64,000 bases of DNA. It comes from Mustelus asterias. Its lineage: Eukaryota. The stretch spans positions 12,834,001-12,898,000 of the forward strand of contig NC_135830.1 in NCBI RefSeq assembly GCF_964213995.1, written 5' to 3'. This document shows positions 35,357 through 49,223 of this stretch, piece after piece; position 1 is the first letter of the stretch, and the number at the start of each line of letters is the position of its first letter. The position numbers and the translations under genes were made by a program. The notes beneath the pieces are model-generated. The model did not search any database. It saw only the letters and a list, made by a program, of their open reading frames with translations, and was not told the DNA's origin.

Positions 35357-36260
35357 TGGAGATGCCGGTTTTGGACTGGGGTAAACACAGTAAAACGTCT
35401 CACAACACCAGGTTAAAGTCCAACAGATGTATTTGGTAGCACAAGCCACTAGCTTTCGGAGCGCTGTTCCTTCATCAGGTGAGTGGGATTTCAGTTCACA
35501 AACAGGGCATATAAGGACACAAATTCAATTTACAAAATAATGGTTGGAATGCGAGTCTTTACAGGTAATCACGTCTTAAAGGTACAGACAATGTGACTGG
35601 AGAGAGGGTTAAGTACAGGTTAAATAGATGTGTATTGTCTCCAGCCAGGACAGCCAGTGAGATTTTGAAAGCCCAGGCAAGTCGTGGGGGTTACAGATGG
35701 CGTGACATGAACCCAAGATCCCGGTTGAGGCCGTCCTCATGTGTGCAGAACTTGGCTATCAGTCTCTGCTCAGCGACTCTGCGTTGTCGTGTGTCGTGAA
35801 GGCCTCCTTGGAGAACGCTTACCGGAAGATCAGAGGCTGAATACCCGTGACCGCTGAAGTGTTTCCCTACAGGAAGAGAACACTCTTGCCTGGTGATTGT
35901 CGAGCGGTGTTCATTCATGCGTTGTCGAAGCGTCTGCAAGGTCTCCGCAATATACCATGCCTTGGGACATCCTTTCCTGCAGCGTATAAGATAGACAACG
36001 TTGGCCGATTTGCAAGTGTATGGACCGTGTACCTGGTGGATGGTGTTCTCACGTGAGATGATGGCATCTGTGTCGATGATCCGGCATGTCTTGCAGAGGT
36101 TGCTGTGGCAGGGTTGTGTGGTGTCGTGGTCACTGTTCTCCTGAAGGCTGGGTAGTTTGCTGTGGACAATGGTCTGTTTGAGGGCCTGGGCTTGCAAAAT
36201 CTCGCTAACTGTCCTGGCTGGAGACAGTACACATCTCTTCAGCCTGTGCTTAACACAGAT
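35357..36260 (-). mobile_element. Penelope-like element 3' part with GIY-YIG endonuclease domain
   Basis: CKSANVVYLIRCRKGCPKAWYIAETLQTLRQRMNEH...GLNRD in ORF 35691..36416; terminal hammerhead at 35447-35481; partial inverted repeat 36185-36257. Confidence 0.92.
35447..35481 (-). ncRNA. Minimal hammerhead ribozyme motif
   Basis: CAC-CTGATGA-A-GGAAC-AGC-GCTCC-GAAA-GCTA-GTG (one stem II mismatch). Confidence 0.68.
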
Positions 36261-36509
36261 AAACCGGATTCTGCAGAACCTACAAAATAAAGCAAAATAT
36301 TTCTGTGATGCCTTTACCTGCCTTGCATGTGAGTTTGCCCGGGGAAACATAATCGCCTCCATAGCTGGCCATTTTGCCGTAATTGTTTCATTGAAGGGTG
36401 TTCGACATTTATTCACTATAGTTGGGGCGACGGTGGCATAGACGTGTTATCACTAGATTAGATATCCAGAGATTTAGTAAGCCAAGTAATACTCTGGGGA
36501 CACGGCTAT

Positions 36510-37478
36510 GAATCATAGAACCATTGATGATATGGGTAGGAGGAAGTTATTTGGTCCTGCGAGCCTGCTCCTCCATTCATTAGGATCATGGCTGATAATC
36601 CAACTCAATAGCCTGATCCTGCTTTTTCCCCATAACGTTTGATCCCATTCGCCCCACGTGCTTTATCCAGCCGCTTCTTGAATAGATTCAATGTTTTCGC
36701 ATCAACTAGTTCGCGTGGTAATGAATTCCACAGGCACACAACTGTTTGGGTGAAGAATTGTCTCCTCACCTCCATCCGAAATGGTCTAACCTGTATCCTG
36801 ACCCCAGTTTCTTGGACTCCCCCATCAGAGAACATAGAACATAGAACAGTACAGCACAGAACAGGCCCTTCGGCCCACGATGTTGTGCCGAGCTTTATCT
36901 GAAACCAAGATCAAGCTATCCCACTCCCTATCATCCTGGTGTGCTCCATGTGCCTATCCAATAACCGCTTAAATGTTCCTAAAGTGTCTGACTCCATATC
37001 ACTGCAGGCAGTCCATTCCACACCCCAACCACTCTCTGCGTAGAAAACTACCTCTGAAATTCTTCCTATATCTTCCCCCACGAACCCTATAGTTATGCCC
37101 CCTTGTAATAGCTCCATCCACCCGAGGAAATTGTCTTTGAACGTTCACTCTATCTATCCCCTTCATGATTTTATAAACCTCTATTAAGTCTCCCCTCAGC
37201 CTCTTCCGCTCCAGAGAGAACAGCCCTAGCTCCCTCAACCTTTCCTCATAAGACCTACCCTCCAAACCAGGCAGCATCCTGGTAACTCTCCTCTGCACTC
37301 TTTCCAGCGCTTCCACATCCGTCTTATAGTGAGGTGACCAGAACTGCACACAATATTCCAAATGTGGTCTCACCAAGGTCCTGTACAGTTGCAGCAGAAC
37401 CCCACGGCTCTTAAACTCCAACCCCCTGTTAATAAAAGCTAACACACTATTGGCCTTCTTCACAGCTCTATCCACTTT
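36510..37478 (-). mobile_element. Two adjacent CR1 3' fragments
   Basis: ORF 36999..37475 (RPHLEYCVQFWSP) and 36605..36835; AGAACAT repeat tail at 36828-36848. Confidence 0.9.
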
Positions 37479-37524
37479 GTGGAATTAAGATCTGATCAGA
37501 AGCAGTGTGGTGGTTGCTTCATGT

Positions 37525-37597
37525 GGGCTAGTAGTACAATGGATAATGCGTCTGATTACGGGTCAGATGATTCCAGACTCTGTTCCTGGCTGGCTCG
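37525..37597 (+). pseudogene. tRNA-Arg(ACG) degenerate copy
   Basis: GGGCTAGTAGTACAATGGATAATGCGTCTGATTACGGGTCAGATGATTCCAGACTCTGTTCCTGGCTGGCTCG, 73 nt, collinear with vertebrate tRNA-Arg(ACG); B-box mutated. Confidence 0.85.
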
Positions 37598-37639
37598 ATG
37601 TAAACTTGGTGGCAGTTCGTCAACTCTCCGTTTTGAACA

Positions 37640-37706
37640 GTTTCTGCTGTGGTCATCACATTCACCTCACACGCGAAAGATCCCGGTTCGAAACTGGGCG
37701 GAAACA
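37640..37706 (+). pseudogene. tRNA-Val(CAC) pseudogene
   Basis: GTTTCTGCTGTGGTCATCACATTCACCTCACACGCGAAAGATCCCGGTTCGAAACTGGGCGGAAACA; intact B-box, deletion in the 5' half. Confidence 0.85.
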
Positions 37707-37767
37707 TTAATAAAACTTTCTCAGTTCGGTTGTGGGAAATCTGCAAGATTTCAATTTTTTATGGTCC

Positions 37768-38092
37768 ACATGGTGGCACAATTGTTATTACTGCTGCCTC
37801 ACAGCGCCGGGAACCCGGGGTCAGTTCCGGCATTGGCTCACTGTCTGTGTGGAGTCTGCATGTTCTCCCAGTGTCTGCATGGGTTTCCTCTGAATGCTAC
37901 GATTTCCTCCCCCAGTCCCAAGATGTGCGGGTTGGGTGGATTGGCCATGATAAATTGTCCCTTAGTGTTAGGAGGACGAGCAGGGTAAATTGGTGGAGTT
38001 ACGGGGATAGAGGCTGGGTGGGATTGTTGGTGGTGCAAGCTCGATGGGCCGAATGGTCTCCTTTTGCGCAGTAGGGATTCTATGATTTCTAT
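37768..38092 (+). mobile_element. HE1 SINE
   Basis: Head, V-domain and GATTCTATGAT tail. Confidence 0.85.
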
Positions 38093-39754
38093 CTGTAGGC
38101 CGAGTTGATGATGGAACTGTCGGTCTGATCATATTCGGCAGCCTGTTTTCTCAGCCACTGCTGGAAACAGGTGCGTGACAGTTTGATGCAATGTTAATAT
38201 GGTTTCCTCTTTGTCTATGTTTGAGGGCTGACAGCGCCAGTCCCCATTGTGGCTGCAACTGTCCACGACTCTACACTAACCACAGCAGACGTCTCGAGCT
38301 TTTGGCTAAAATTAACTATCAGATAAATCCCAAGATCAGGTGCAATGCCTTATCCTATGAGCTTGGATCTTGTACATATCTCTTGCGGGCATCGTCAATT
38401 GGATTCAATTTAAATTTGAACTGTTGTTGGGGGCCGAATGTCCCCCTTCTAAGCCATAAGGGTTCTATTCCTATGATTCTATGATTTATCATAAACTCCC
38501 TACGTGAGTCCTTCTTCTGATAAACTCTTCTGAATCCAATTTCTCCAGAGTGAAATTGAGAGATGTTTGCATGCCTGAACGTTGCTGTTGCTGTTGCTTA
38601 TCTCACCGATTGTTTGCAGACATGAGTAAGACTTCCTCCGAGTGCAGCTCATCGGGATTAGACAATGCCAGAATAAAACAAACTCACTCCATGTAATATC
38701 ATAGGTGAAACTTTTAAAAAACTACTTCTCCTTCTGTATTATCATTTGAGGGCAGTAACTCAGTGACAGATTTTCCATGACTGAGATCTGAAATACATAT
38801 TCACGTCGGAAAAAATCATATCGGAGTGTTATTAAACTCTTAAACATGATTTAGAACTGAGATTAAATGTGTTTATTCCACAATTACCTGCCCGATACTC
38901 CCCTTCCCACCCCCATACAACTGAATTGCTCCCTTATCACATTGTCTCTGGACGCTCAATAAAAGGGAATGTAAAACAGAAAATGCTGGATAGATTCAGT
39001 AGGTATTTGATTTGATTTATTATTGTGAGATGTTTTGGGATAGAGTTTGACTTTTTGCGCGCTATACAGACAAAGCATATCATGCATTGAGTACAAAGGG
39101 GAGAAGGAAATAACAGGGTGCTGAATATAATGTTACAGTCGCAGCAAGGATGTGGAGAAAAATCAACTGATATAAGGTCGGTCCATTCAAATATCTGACG
39201 GCAGCAGGGAAGAAGATTTTCTTGAGTGGGTCAGTACGTGATACGAGACATTCGTATCCTTTTCCCAACGGTTGGAAGTGGAAGACCGCAGTGTATGGGG
39301 TCGTCATTATGCTGACTGTTTTTCTGAGGCAGCGGGAAGTGTAGACAGTGTCAATGGATGGGAGGCTGGTTTAAGTGATGGGCTGGGCTTCGTTAAGAAC
39401 CCTTTTCTGTTTCTTGTTGTCTTGGTCAGAGCAAGAACCATTCCAAGCTGTGATCCATCCGAAGAGGATGCTTTCTATGGTACATCTGTAAAAATTGGTG
39501 AGACTCGTAGCGGATATGCCGAATTTCCTTAGCCTCCTGAGAACGTGGAGGCATTGGTGTGATTTCCTGGCCAGAATGTCAGCGTGGAGGGGCCAGGGCA
39601 GGTTGTTGATGATCTGGACACCCAGAAACCTGAAGCTCTCGCTCATTTCCACTGCATATCCGTTGATGTAGGCAGGGGCATGCCCTCCACTAGGTTTCCT
39701 GAAGTCAACGACTATCTCCTTCGTTTTGACGAACATGTTGGATTTTTAGCTTGA

Positions 39755-41020
39755 CGAACATGTTGGATTTTTATGAAGATGTGACTAGGGCGGTTGATGG
39801 AGGAGAACCGGTGGATGCGGTGTTTTTGGATTTCCAAAAGGCGTTTGATAAGGTGCCCCATAAAAGGCTGCTGAAGAAGATTAGGGCACACGGAGTTGGG
39901 GGTAGTGTGTGAAAGTGGATTGGGGACTGGCTATCCGACAGGAAGCAAAGAGTCGGAATAAATGGGTGTTTTTCCGGTTGGAGGAAGGTAACTAGTGGCG
40001 TGCCGCACGGATCGGTACTCGGGCCGCAAATATTTACCATTTATATAGATGTTCTGGAGGAGGGGACGGTGTGTAGGGTAACGAAGTTTGCAGACGACAC
40101 AAAGATAAGTGGAAAAGTGAATCGTGTGGAGGACGGAGAAGATCTGCAGAGAGATTTGGACAGGCTGAGTGAGTGGGCGAGGATATGGCAAATGGAGTAT
40201 AACGTTGATAAATACGAGGTTATACACTTTGGAGGAAATAATAACAAATGGGATTACTATCTCAATGGAAACAAATTAAAACATGCTACCGTGCAAAGGG
40301 ACCTGGGGGTCCTTGTGCATGAGACGCAAAAGCCCAGTCTGCAGATACAACAGGTGATCAAGAAGGCAAATGGGATGTTGGCCTATATCGCGAGGGGGAT
40401 AGAATATAAAAGCAGGGATGTCTTGATGCACCTGTACAGGGCATTGGTGAGGCCGCAGCTGGAATACTGTGTGCAGTATTGGTCCCCTTATATGAGGAAG
40501 GATATATTGGCATTGGAGGGAGTGCAGAGAAGGTTCACCAGGTTGATACCGGAGATGAGGGGTTTGGATTATGAGGAGAGACTGAGGAGATTGGGTTTGT
40601 ACTCGTTGGAGTTTAGAAGGATGAGGGGGGATCTTATGGAGACTTATAAGATAATGCGGGGGCTGGATAGGGTGAAGGCGGAGAGATTCTTTCCACTTAG
40701 TAAGGAAGTTAAAACTAGAGGACACAGCCTCAAAATAAAGGGGGGTCGGTTTAAGACAGAGTTGAGGAGGAACTTCTTCTCCCAGAGGGTGGTGAATCTC
40801 TGGAATTCTCTGCCCACTGAGGTGGTGGAGGCTACCTCGCTGAATATGTTTAAAGTGCGGATGGATGGATTCCTGATCGGTAAGGGAATTAAGGGTTATG
40901 GCGATCAGGCGGGTAAGTGGTACTCATCCACGTCAGATCAGCCATGATCTTATTGAATGGCGGGGCAGGCTCGAGGGGCTAGATGGCCTACTCCTGCTCC
41001 TATTTCTTATGTTCTTATGT
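39755..41020 (+). mobile_element. CR1 LINE 3' part nested in the Rex1-like LINE, right arm only
   Basis: ORF 40000..40947 (PHGSVLGP, KFADD, RPQLEYC); TTCTTATG tail; splits sequence that is contiguous at ~18800. Confidence 0.93.
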
Positions 41021-41279
41021 TTTACTGACATTGTGGGAGATATTATTTTCGTCGCACCAGATTCTCTATCTCTCTCCTGCACTCTGTCCTGTCATTGTTT
41101 GAAATCCGCCCGGCTATGGTGGTGACATCAGAAAACATTAGAATGGAGTTGGAGCGGAATTTACCTACACAGCAATTAGTGTTTCAGCAGTATAGCAAGG
41201 GGCTGAGGAAACAGCCTTTCGGGACACTGGTGTTAAGTAAAGTTGTGTTCCGTGGATTAGGAAATCTAGGATCCAGTCA

Positions 41280-42365
41280 TAAGAACATAATAAGAACATA
41301 CAAACTAGGAGCAGGAGTAGGCCATCTGGCCCCTGGAGCCTGCTCCGCCATCCTTTAAGATCGTGGCTGATGTTTCTGTGGACTCAGCTCCACTTACCCG
41401 CCCGCTCACCATAACCCTTATTTCCTTTGCTGTTCAAAAATGTATCTATCTTTGCCTTCAAAACATTAAATGAGGTAGCCTCAACTGCTTCACTGGGCAG
41501 GGAATTCCATAGATTCACAACCCTTTGTGTGAAGAAGTCCCTCCGCAGCTCAGTCCTAAATCGGCCTCCCCTTATTTTGAAGCTATGCCCCTAGTTCTAG
41601 TTTCATCTGCCAGTGGAAAGAATTTCCCTGCTTCTATCCTTTCTATTCCCTTCATAATCTTATAAGTTTCCATAACATCTCCCCTCATTCTTCTGAATTC
41701 AAAAGACTATAGCCACGGTCTACTGAGTCTCTCATCATAAGCCAACCCTCTCAGCTCCGGAATCAACCTAGTGAATCTCCTCTGCACCCCGTCCAGTGCC
41801 AGTATATCCTTTCGCAAGTAAGGAGACCAAAACTGTACACAGTACCCCAGGTATGTCCTCGCCAGCACCTTATACAGCTGCAACATAATCTCACTGTTTT
41901 TAAACTCCATCCCTCTCGCAATGTAGGTCAAAATTCCATTTGCCTTCTTAATTACCTGCTGCACCTGCAGACCAACTCCTTGAGATTCTGCACAAGGACA
42001 CCCCTGTCCCTCTGCACAGCAGCATGCTGCAATTTTTTACTGTTTAATAATAGTCCATTTTGCTGTTATTCCTACCAAAATGGATGACCTCACATTTACC
42101 AACATTGTACTCCATCTGCCAGACCCTCACCCACTTACTTAGATTACCTATATCCTTTGCAGACTTTCAGCGTCCCCCGCACACTTTGCTCTTCCACCCA
42201 TCTTAGTGTCATCTGCGAATTTTGACACACTGCATTTGGTCCCCAACTCCAAACCATCTATGTAAATCGTAAACAATTGCGGTCACAATGCTGATCCCTA
42301 AGGCACACCGCTAGTCACTGATCGCCAACCAGTTACCCCCACTCTTTGCTTTCTGTTAGTTAACC
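41280..42365 (-). mobile_element. CR1 LINE 3' part, right arm only
   Basis: ORF 41707..41964; CATAAGAA tail; absent at ~18500. Confidence 0.9.
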
Positions 42366-43648
42366 ATAGAATCATAGAATCGCTAGAGTGCAGAAATAGG
42401 CCATTCCGCCCATCGAGCCTGCACCATCAACAATCCCACCCAGGCCCTATCCCCGTAACCACATGTATTTACCATGCTAGCCGTCCTGACATTAAGGGAC
42501 AATTAAGAATAGCCAATCAACCTAGCCCGCACATCTTTGGACTGTAGGAAGAAACAGGAGCGCCCAGAGGAAACCCACACAGACATGGGGAGAACATACA
42601 AACTCCACACAGACAGTTAGCCAAGGCCAGAATTGAACTCGGATCTCTGGTGCTGTGAGGCAGCAGTGCTAATCACTGTGCCACTGTGCCACCCAAAATA
42701 GAGAGGGAGGAGCCGAACTCCAGGCCACAGATTTTGGAGATGAGCATTTTTAGGCATAATGTTATTGAAGGCTGCTTGTAGTCAATAAGTAGGAGTCTGA
42801 TGTAAGTGTCCTTGTTGTCCAGTAGTTCCAGGGTTACGTGTAAGTCCAGGGAGCTTGTTTCTGCTCTGGACCTGTCCCAGCGATAGGCGAACTGTCACAT
42901 ATTCAGGCAATCTGGGAGACCGGAATTGATGTGTGCCACGAATCACTTTTTGAAGCATTTCATAATGATGCATGTCAGAGCTACCGGGCGATGGTCATTA
43001 AGGCACGGTGGCAAGCTTTTCGTTGATGTTCGGCTTCTTGAAGCAGGTAAGGAACTCAGGTCAGTGTAAGGAGAGGCTAAAGGCGCCTGCAAATTCGCCC
43101 TCCAGCTGGTCCATGCAGGATCTGAGTGCCCATCCGGGTACCCAGTTCATTTCCATGGGTTAACACACATGAACCAGTAAGGAGAATAAATGTTTAAGTG
43201 ATTTGTTTGCCCATGAGGCGTAAATTATGGACCATTGCAGTCGTTGAAGTCAGGTGGTTTCCAGTGGATTTGTGGAGATGATCTTGTTCAGATCTGCACA
43301 ACTTTCAAGACATTATGCCTTGTTTGCCTTGGTTATGCACTTTTTGATGAAACACTTTTTGCTTCCAGCAAGAGAGGTGATTGGTCCTGTTCTTTCTCAG
43401 TAAGGTCTTTGATGATTATCACGAACTTTCTTCCTCCTGATCCCTTTGCTTTGCTTTCCAGAGTATATTTCCGAAAAGGAATTTAATTGCCATCCCTTTC
43501 AGTCACTGTTATCCTAATCTGAGTTTCTGACCTTTTATTTCAGAAAGCTTTTCATCACCAGCAATTCCTGGCATTGTGTTATTGAATGTCGTAAAATGAA
43601 TATGTAATCTATGAATGAAACAGATTGACACCCACATCTTGGCTGCTG

Positions 43649-44559
43649 TCAGTTGTTTTCTTTATTATTCAATCGAATAATAAATGTGACCAGGTATTTC
43701 AATGCCCTCTTGAACTGTTGTCTGAACTTGGACTGAGTCACCCCGTATATAAATGTATTTGTGCAGCAATTTAATGTCCGCAGCATAAACCCAAATTCTC
43801 CAAAGATATATAAGGAATTGTTGTAATTATTGGGATCTATTCCCGAAAAGGTATAATATAGAAAATCTACAAAATATGTTAACCACAGAAGGATGAATGT
43901 GCCGGATATGGTGAAGAGTAAAATCATCGACTTCCTTCTGCTTTGAATTTCCTGGTCAGGTTGATTCTCTTCTCTCCTCTGACCCCTCAGTCCTTTACGG
44001 AGTCGACTGGCCACTAAAACATATCTGACTGTCAGAGTATTGAGCAATAGAATTAAAGGGAATGGAAGCAAAGGTGTTAAAACTTTATCAAGCCAGTCCA
44101 ATCCAACCCATCCAGGCTCGGTATAATAACTTGGAGCATCATTGCAGAACCACGGTACATTATTTATTACCTCTCCAGGTTCAAATGTGAAGTAGAAGGG
44201 AACATTTTTCAAACAGAGCATGACGGAGGTGGATGCTAGAACCACAGCTGCAGTTTTCTCAGTGCAATATTTTTCTTTCAGCTTCTGACAGCAAATTGCA
44301 ACAAAGCGATCAAAGGAAAAAGTGATGGTGAACCAGACGGAGCAGTCTGTGGCTGCATTAGTCAGGACGTGGATAGTCCTGCAAATCGGGGTGATGTCCA
44401 GGAAAGATCTTAGGAAGTAATAAGAACTGATCTCTAACAATATGACATGAGTGACAATGACCAGTAGATCTGCGACTGCCATGGCCACCAGGTAACGAGT
44501 GGTGCATTTGGAGAGTCCGCACTTCCCTCTGGACAGGATCAGAATGGACACTAAATTAA
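43649..44559 (-). CDS. Exon 2 of intact GPR139/GPR142-like orphan class A GPCR (spliced product 325 aa)
   Basis: Acceptor TTGTTATAG; 911 nt open to TGA. Motifs ILSRGKCGLSKC, LVAMAVADLL (TM2), FSFDRFVAIC (DRY-like), FILLW (TM6), NCCTNTFIY (TM7). 67+911=978 nt. Confidence 0.92.
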
Positions 44560-47429
44560 CTATAACAAAGGAGGGAAATGCATTAAAATTATTTATCGAA
44601 AATTTTTCACCCAAAACGCAGCCAGCCCGGGCTATATTGCAGCAGCAACAATGAATGCGTCGGTATCTGAAAGGTGTGCTGGTTAGGTGCATTGACCAGA
44701 ACAGGCACCCGAATGTGGCGACTAAGAGAATTTCAAAGTAACTTCATTGCAGCGCTAATGTAAGCCTTACTTGTGACTAATATATAAACTTTACTTTATT
44801 TTCTGTTCACACTTTGAAGAACGCTTAACATGACCACTCTTTGCTTCCAACTTGTTCACTTCCACGTTCATCATATCCGGGACAATCACAAAGCAGCAGA
44901 TATCACAGGACGTGTCTCAGCTTGGTAAATGTTTCAACCACGCCAGTAGCCTCTGGCTGAATCTTGCTAGCTTGTTTTCTCTTGGCATATCAGAATTACC
45001 GAGCCTCAGGAATTCTGGATGACAAGACGACGGGATGGCGGAGTATTTCCAAATAAACAATTGCTTTTACTGAACTGCTTATTAGCTAGCATCAACAAGA
45101 ATATTTCCACTGCCTCTTAAAACTATGAACTCCAGATTTTCCTCAGGCAAATTTACCCGCATTGGGAGACTGGACGACATTCTGGGTCCGTTTTGAGTTG
45201 CTGGATTAGACCTCCTTGGTACTGCAGCCCGTTTCGCTGCCCTTAATCACTGAACTGAAGCCTAACGTCTCAGTTCAGTGACATAAACAGAAAATACTGG
45301 AAAATCTCCGGTAGCGTCTGTGGAGAAAGAACTGAACGCTGACAAATGTCATCCATACTCGAAACGTTGGCTCCGTTCCCTCTCCACAAACGCTGTCCGA
45401 CCTGCTGGATTTTTTCGGAATTTTCTGTTTTGGGTTCAAATTCCAGCATTCACAGTATTTTGCTTTTCTCCCAGTTCGGTGACCTTGCGTGCAGCGGACC
45501 TGCAGGGACAAACATGGCACAGGTGGATTTACAACTATACAGCTTGTGTTGAGATTTTGGCGACTGAAGCTCTGAAAAATGTTCATCCACCGCCTCCCTC
45601 CCAACCCCTCCGTAAACTATCCCTAGTGAAATAAATCCTGGTATCAATCCAAGGACAAAATTGAGAAATTGGGACAATTGTACCAAAAAAGTAGACAATA
45701 CTGAAATCTGTAAAAAGGCCAGGCAGCATCTGTGAACAGGGAAAGAATGGTAACGTCTTACCTCGAAAATCATTCATAATAAATGGACGATATGATACAT
45801 GAGCAAGCTTAAAACAAAGATTGGGAAGTTTTGTGGTGCAGTGTTGGTGCCCTTGTCTCAGAGGCTGGGCTTCAAGTTCCAAACTTGAAACCAAGACCTA
45901 ATGGTCATAAAGTCATAGATTCAATATGTTTACAGTGTGGAAGCAGGCTCTTCTGTCCAACTTGCCCATGCCGCCCCTTTTTTGACGTCTAAGCAAATCC
46001 CAATTGACCGCATTTGGCCCATATCCCTCAATATCCATCTCACCCATGTAAGTTTCTAAATGCTTTTAAAAGACAAAATTGTACCCGCCTGTACTACTTC
46101 TTCAGACAACTTGTTCCAGACACTCACCAACCTCTGTGTGAAACAAATGCCCCTCTAGACTCTTTTGTTCTCTCCTCTCTCACCTTAAAGCTTATGTCCT
46201 CTAGTTTTAGACTCCCCTACCATTCGGAAAAAATGTTGACTATCGAGCTTATCTAGGCCCCTCATTATTTATATAGACCTCTACAAGATCACCACTAAGC
46301 CTCCCACGCACCAGCGAAAAAAGTCCCAGTCTATTGAAACTCTCTTTATAACTCAAACCATCAAGTCCCGGTAGCACCGTAGCAAATCTCTTCCGAACTC
46401 TCTCTAGTTTATTAATATCCGTTCTACAATCGGGTGGCCAAACTGTGCGTTGTATTCCAAGTGTGGCCTGACCAATGTCTTGTGCAACTTCAACAAGACG
46501 TCCCAACTCCTGTATTCAATGTTCTGACCAATGGAACCAAGCATGCCGAATGCCTTCTTCACCACTCTGTCCACCTGTGACTCAATTTTCAAGGAGCTAT
46601 GAACCTGTACCCCTAGATCTCTTTGTTATTTCACTCTCCCCAACGCCATACCATTAACTGAGTAAGTCCTGCTCTGGTTTGATCTACCAAAATACATCAA
46701 CTCGCATTTATCTAAATTAAACTCCATCTGCCATTCGTCAGCCCACTGGCCCAATTGATCAAGATCCCGTTGCAATCCTAGATAACCTTCTTCACTGTCC
46801 ACTATGCCACTAATCTTGGTGTCATCTGCAAACTTACTAACTGTGCCTCCTATATTCTCATCCAAGTCATTACTATAAATAACAAATAACGGTGGACCCA
46901 GAACAGATACCTGAGGCACACCGCTGGTCACAGGCCTCCAGTTTGAAAAACAACCCTCCACAGCTACCCTCTGTCTTTTGTCATCAAGGCAATTGTGTAT
47001 CTATTTGGCTACCTCACCCTGTATCCTGTGAGATTTAATCTTATGCAACAACCTACCATGTGGTGCCTTGTCAAAGGCCTTGCTAAATTCCATGTATGCA
47101 ACATCAACTGCACTGCCCTCATCTACCTTCTTGATTACCCCTTCAAAAAACTCACTCAAGGAGTTGAGTTAATGGAACAGCCAAACACACTGACCAAATC
47201 CTTCAAAACTATGAAAATGATAGGTGGTAAGTTTAGCAATAATTCCTGGTCAGCCATGTGATGTAAATGGAAATAGACACCTATCTTCTCCATTCCATAC
47301 ATCGAGTCTCAAAATGCATGTGAAAGTGAATATTACCACAGTAATGTAGGCTCGTTGAGGAGCTGATTTCGGTACTTGGCCAGTTTGGATCAGATTGGTG
47401 TCAGCAGCACGGGGTTCGTTCATCATTCA

Positions 47430-47772
47430 TAGATAGATCATAGATAGCCTACAGTGAAGAAAGAGGCCATTTGGCCCATCGATTCTGCACTGACCACGCT
47501 CCCACCCAGGCCCTACCCCCATATCCGTACATATCTATCCACTAATCCCTCTAACTACACATCTCAGGACACTCGGGGCAATTTTTGCATGGCCAACCAA
47601 CCTAACCCGCACATCTTTGGACTGTGGGAGGAAACCGGAGCACCCGAAGGAAACCCAGGCAGACATGAGGAGAATGTGCAAACACCACACAGACAGTGAC
47701 CTAAGCCGGGAATCGAACCCAGGTCCCTGAAGCTGTAAAGCAGCAGTGCTAACCACTGTGCTACCGTGCCGG
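47430..47772 (-). mobile_element. HE1 SINE, right arm only
   Basis: Typical SINE; empty site at ~13405. Confidence 0.9.
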
Positions 47773-49223
47773 CTGAGATGAATTCGGGACGTGCCTCCTT
47801 GACCTAGCCGTGGTTAAGATGTTGGCGTTGTGGTTCAGACCTACCTTTCGCTAGTGAACTGAAAAGGAAAACAATGTGAGTGGAGTAGGAGACCTGGCTA
47901 TAGCGGGAGGAAAGAAAATGGACGAAGATGATGCGATGATTTGAAAGTCAGGAATCATTTAGTAATGAAAGTGATACAAGGTGAAAGAGAGAATTAAAGA
48001 ATGGAGAGATGGTCCCAAGGAGGGCCAATCTTCTACAAAAAAACAGAGCGCCAGACGGAAAGTTCGAAAGGAATTGTCAGAAATGTGACACAGATATACG
48101 TGGGGTAACGACCAGAGAATACAGGGTGCATCAATCGGAGATCCCCAGCAAAAATACCAATCCTACTCCCACACTTGCAGTCTCTCTCGTGCACCCATCT
48201 TCCAGTCGAAGCGTATGTTTTTCTGCGATATCTGAGCGATGGCCATGATGCCCAACATAATTTGATCTCATTGTTAACTCTGGCAGGTAAAAAAGATAAA
48301 TCTCGCGTTGCTGCATTCTCTCTCCACAGATACTGTCAGACCTGCTGAGATTTTCCAGCAATTTCCGAAGGGATTACGGAGACACCTTAACCACAGAGTG
48401 GTGAGAATGTGGATGTCGCGAACATTTAATGAGAAGATATATAAGGTAATTAAGCAGAAAAGAAAAACGCAGAAGCTTAAACACAGATAGTCTTGGGTGA
48501 AGCTAAAGGGTGTTTAGCAAGACAATAAGCATAAACCAACTGTCCTGTATTATTTTTGAAATTCAATGTAACATGTTTGGTGATACATCAGAATGATTTG
48601 CCCTTTCATAATATTACAGATATCTTTGAAACATGGTAAATAAGGGCAGGAGTTCAGTTCGGCAAGGTTATTCGACTATTCAAATAGATCATAGTAGATC
48701 CTGCATCCACTGTGCCATTCCGCCCATTATCCCCATATACCTCATATAATTAGTATCCGGAGGTACGTTGAATTCTGTTTTTAACATGGTCAGTCATTAA
48801 GCTTCCACTGACCTCTTGGGTAAAAGAGTTCCAAATAGGAATTAACTTTGTTGATTTGTAAATTTATTAAGTCGTTAAAGTCTTTGCTGTGTATCAATGT
48901 TTTTAGTTACTGTCGCTGAACAGATCACTGCATTAGCAGAACTGGAAATGGATATCCCTCAGTTGCGTAGATAACTCTTTGCAGCTCTATATGTAAGTGA
49001 AATAATGCTGATGTAGACACCGAGTCATATGTAGCCCGGTTTCTGATAAAGTTACCAGTTAAACAGTGGAATAAAATAACTTCAACATTCACCGTGTTTA
49101 AGAGCAAGATAATAATAAAGAAAAAAAACAGAACTCATGAGAGATCTGGACAGTATCCAGCTTGGACTGACAAGTGGCAAATAACATTCGTACCACAGAA
49201 ATGCCAGGCAATGGTCATTCAGT

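Noticed and set aside
38205-38300. Minus-strand CACAATG preceded by an SAV-like peptide as a V 3' end
   Set aside because: No YYC and no credible nonamer at 12 or 23 bp.
44560-44692. N-terminal 44 aa of ORF 43649..44692 (and start of ORF 16217) as GPCR N-terminus
   Set aside because: Lies upstream of a conserved splice acceptor, runs into repeat-derived sequence, and differs between arms; a proper TM1 exon exists at 52296-52362.
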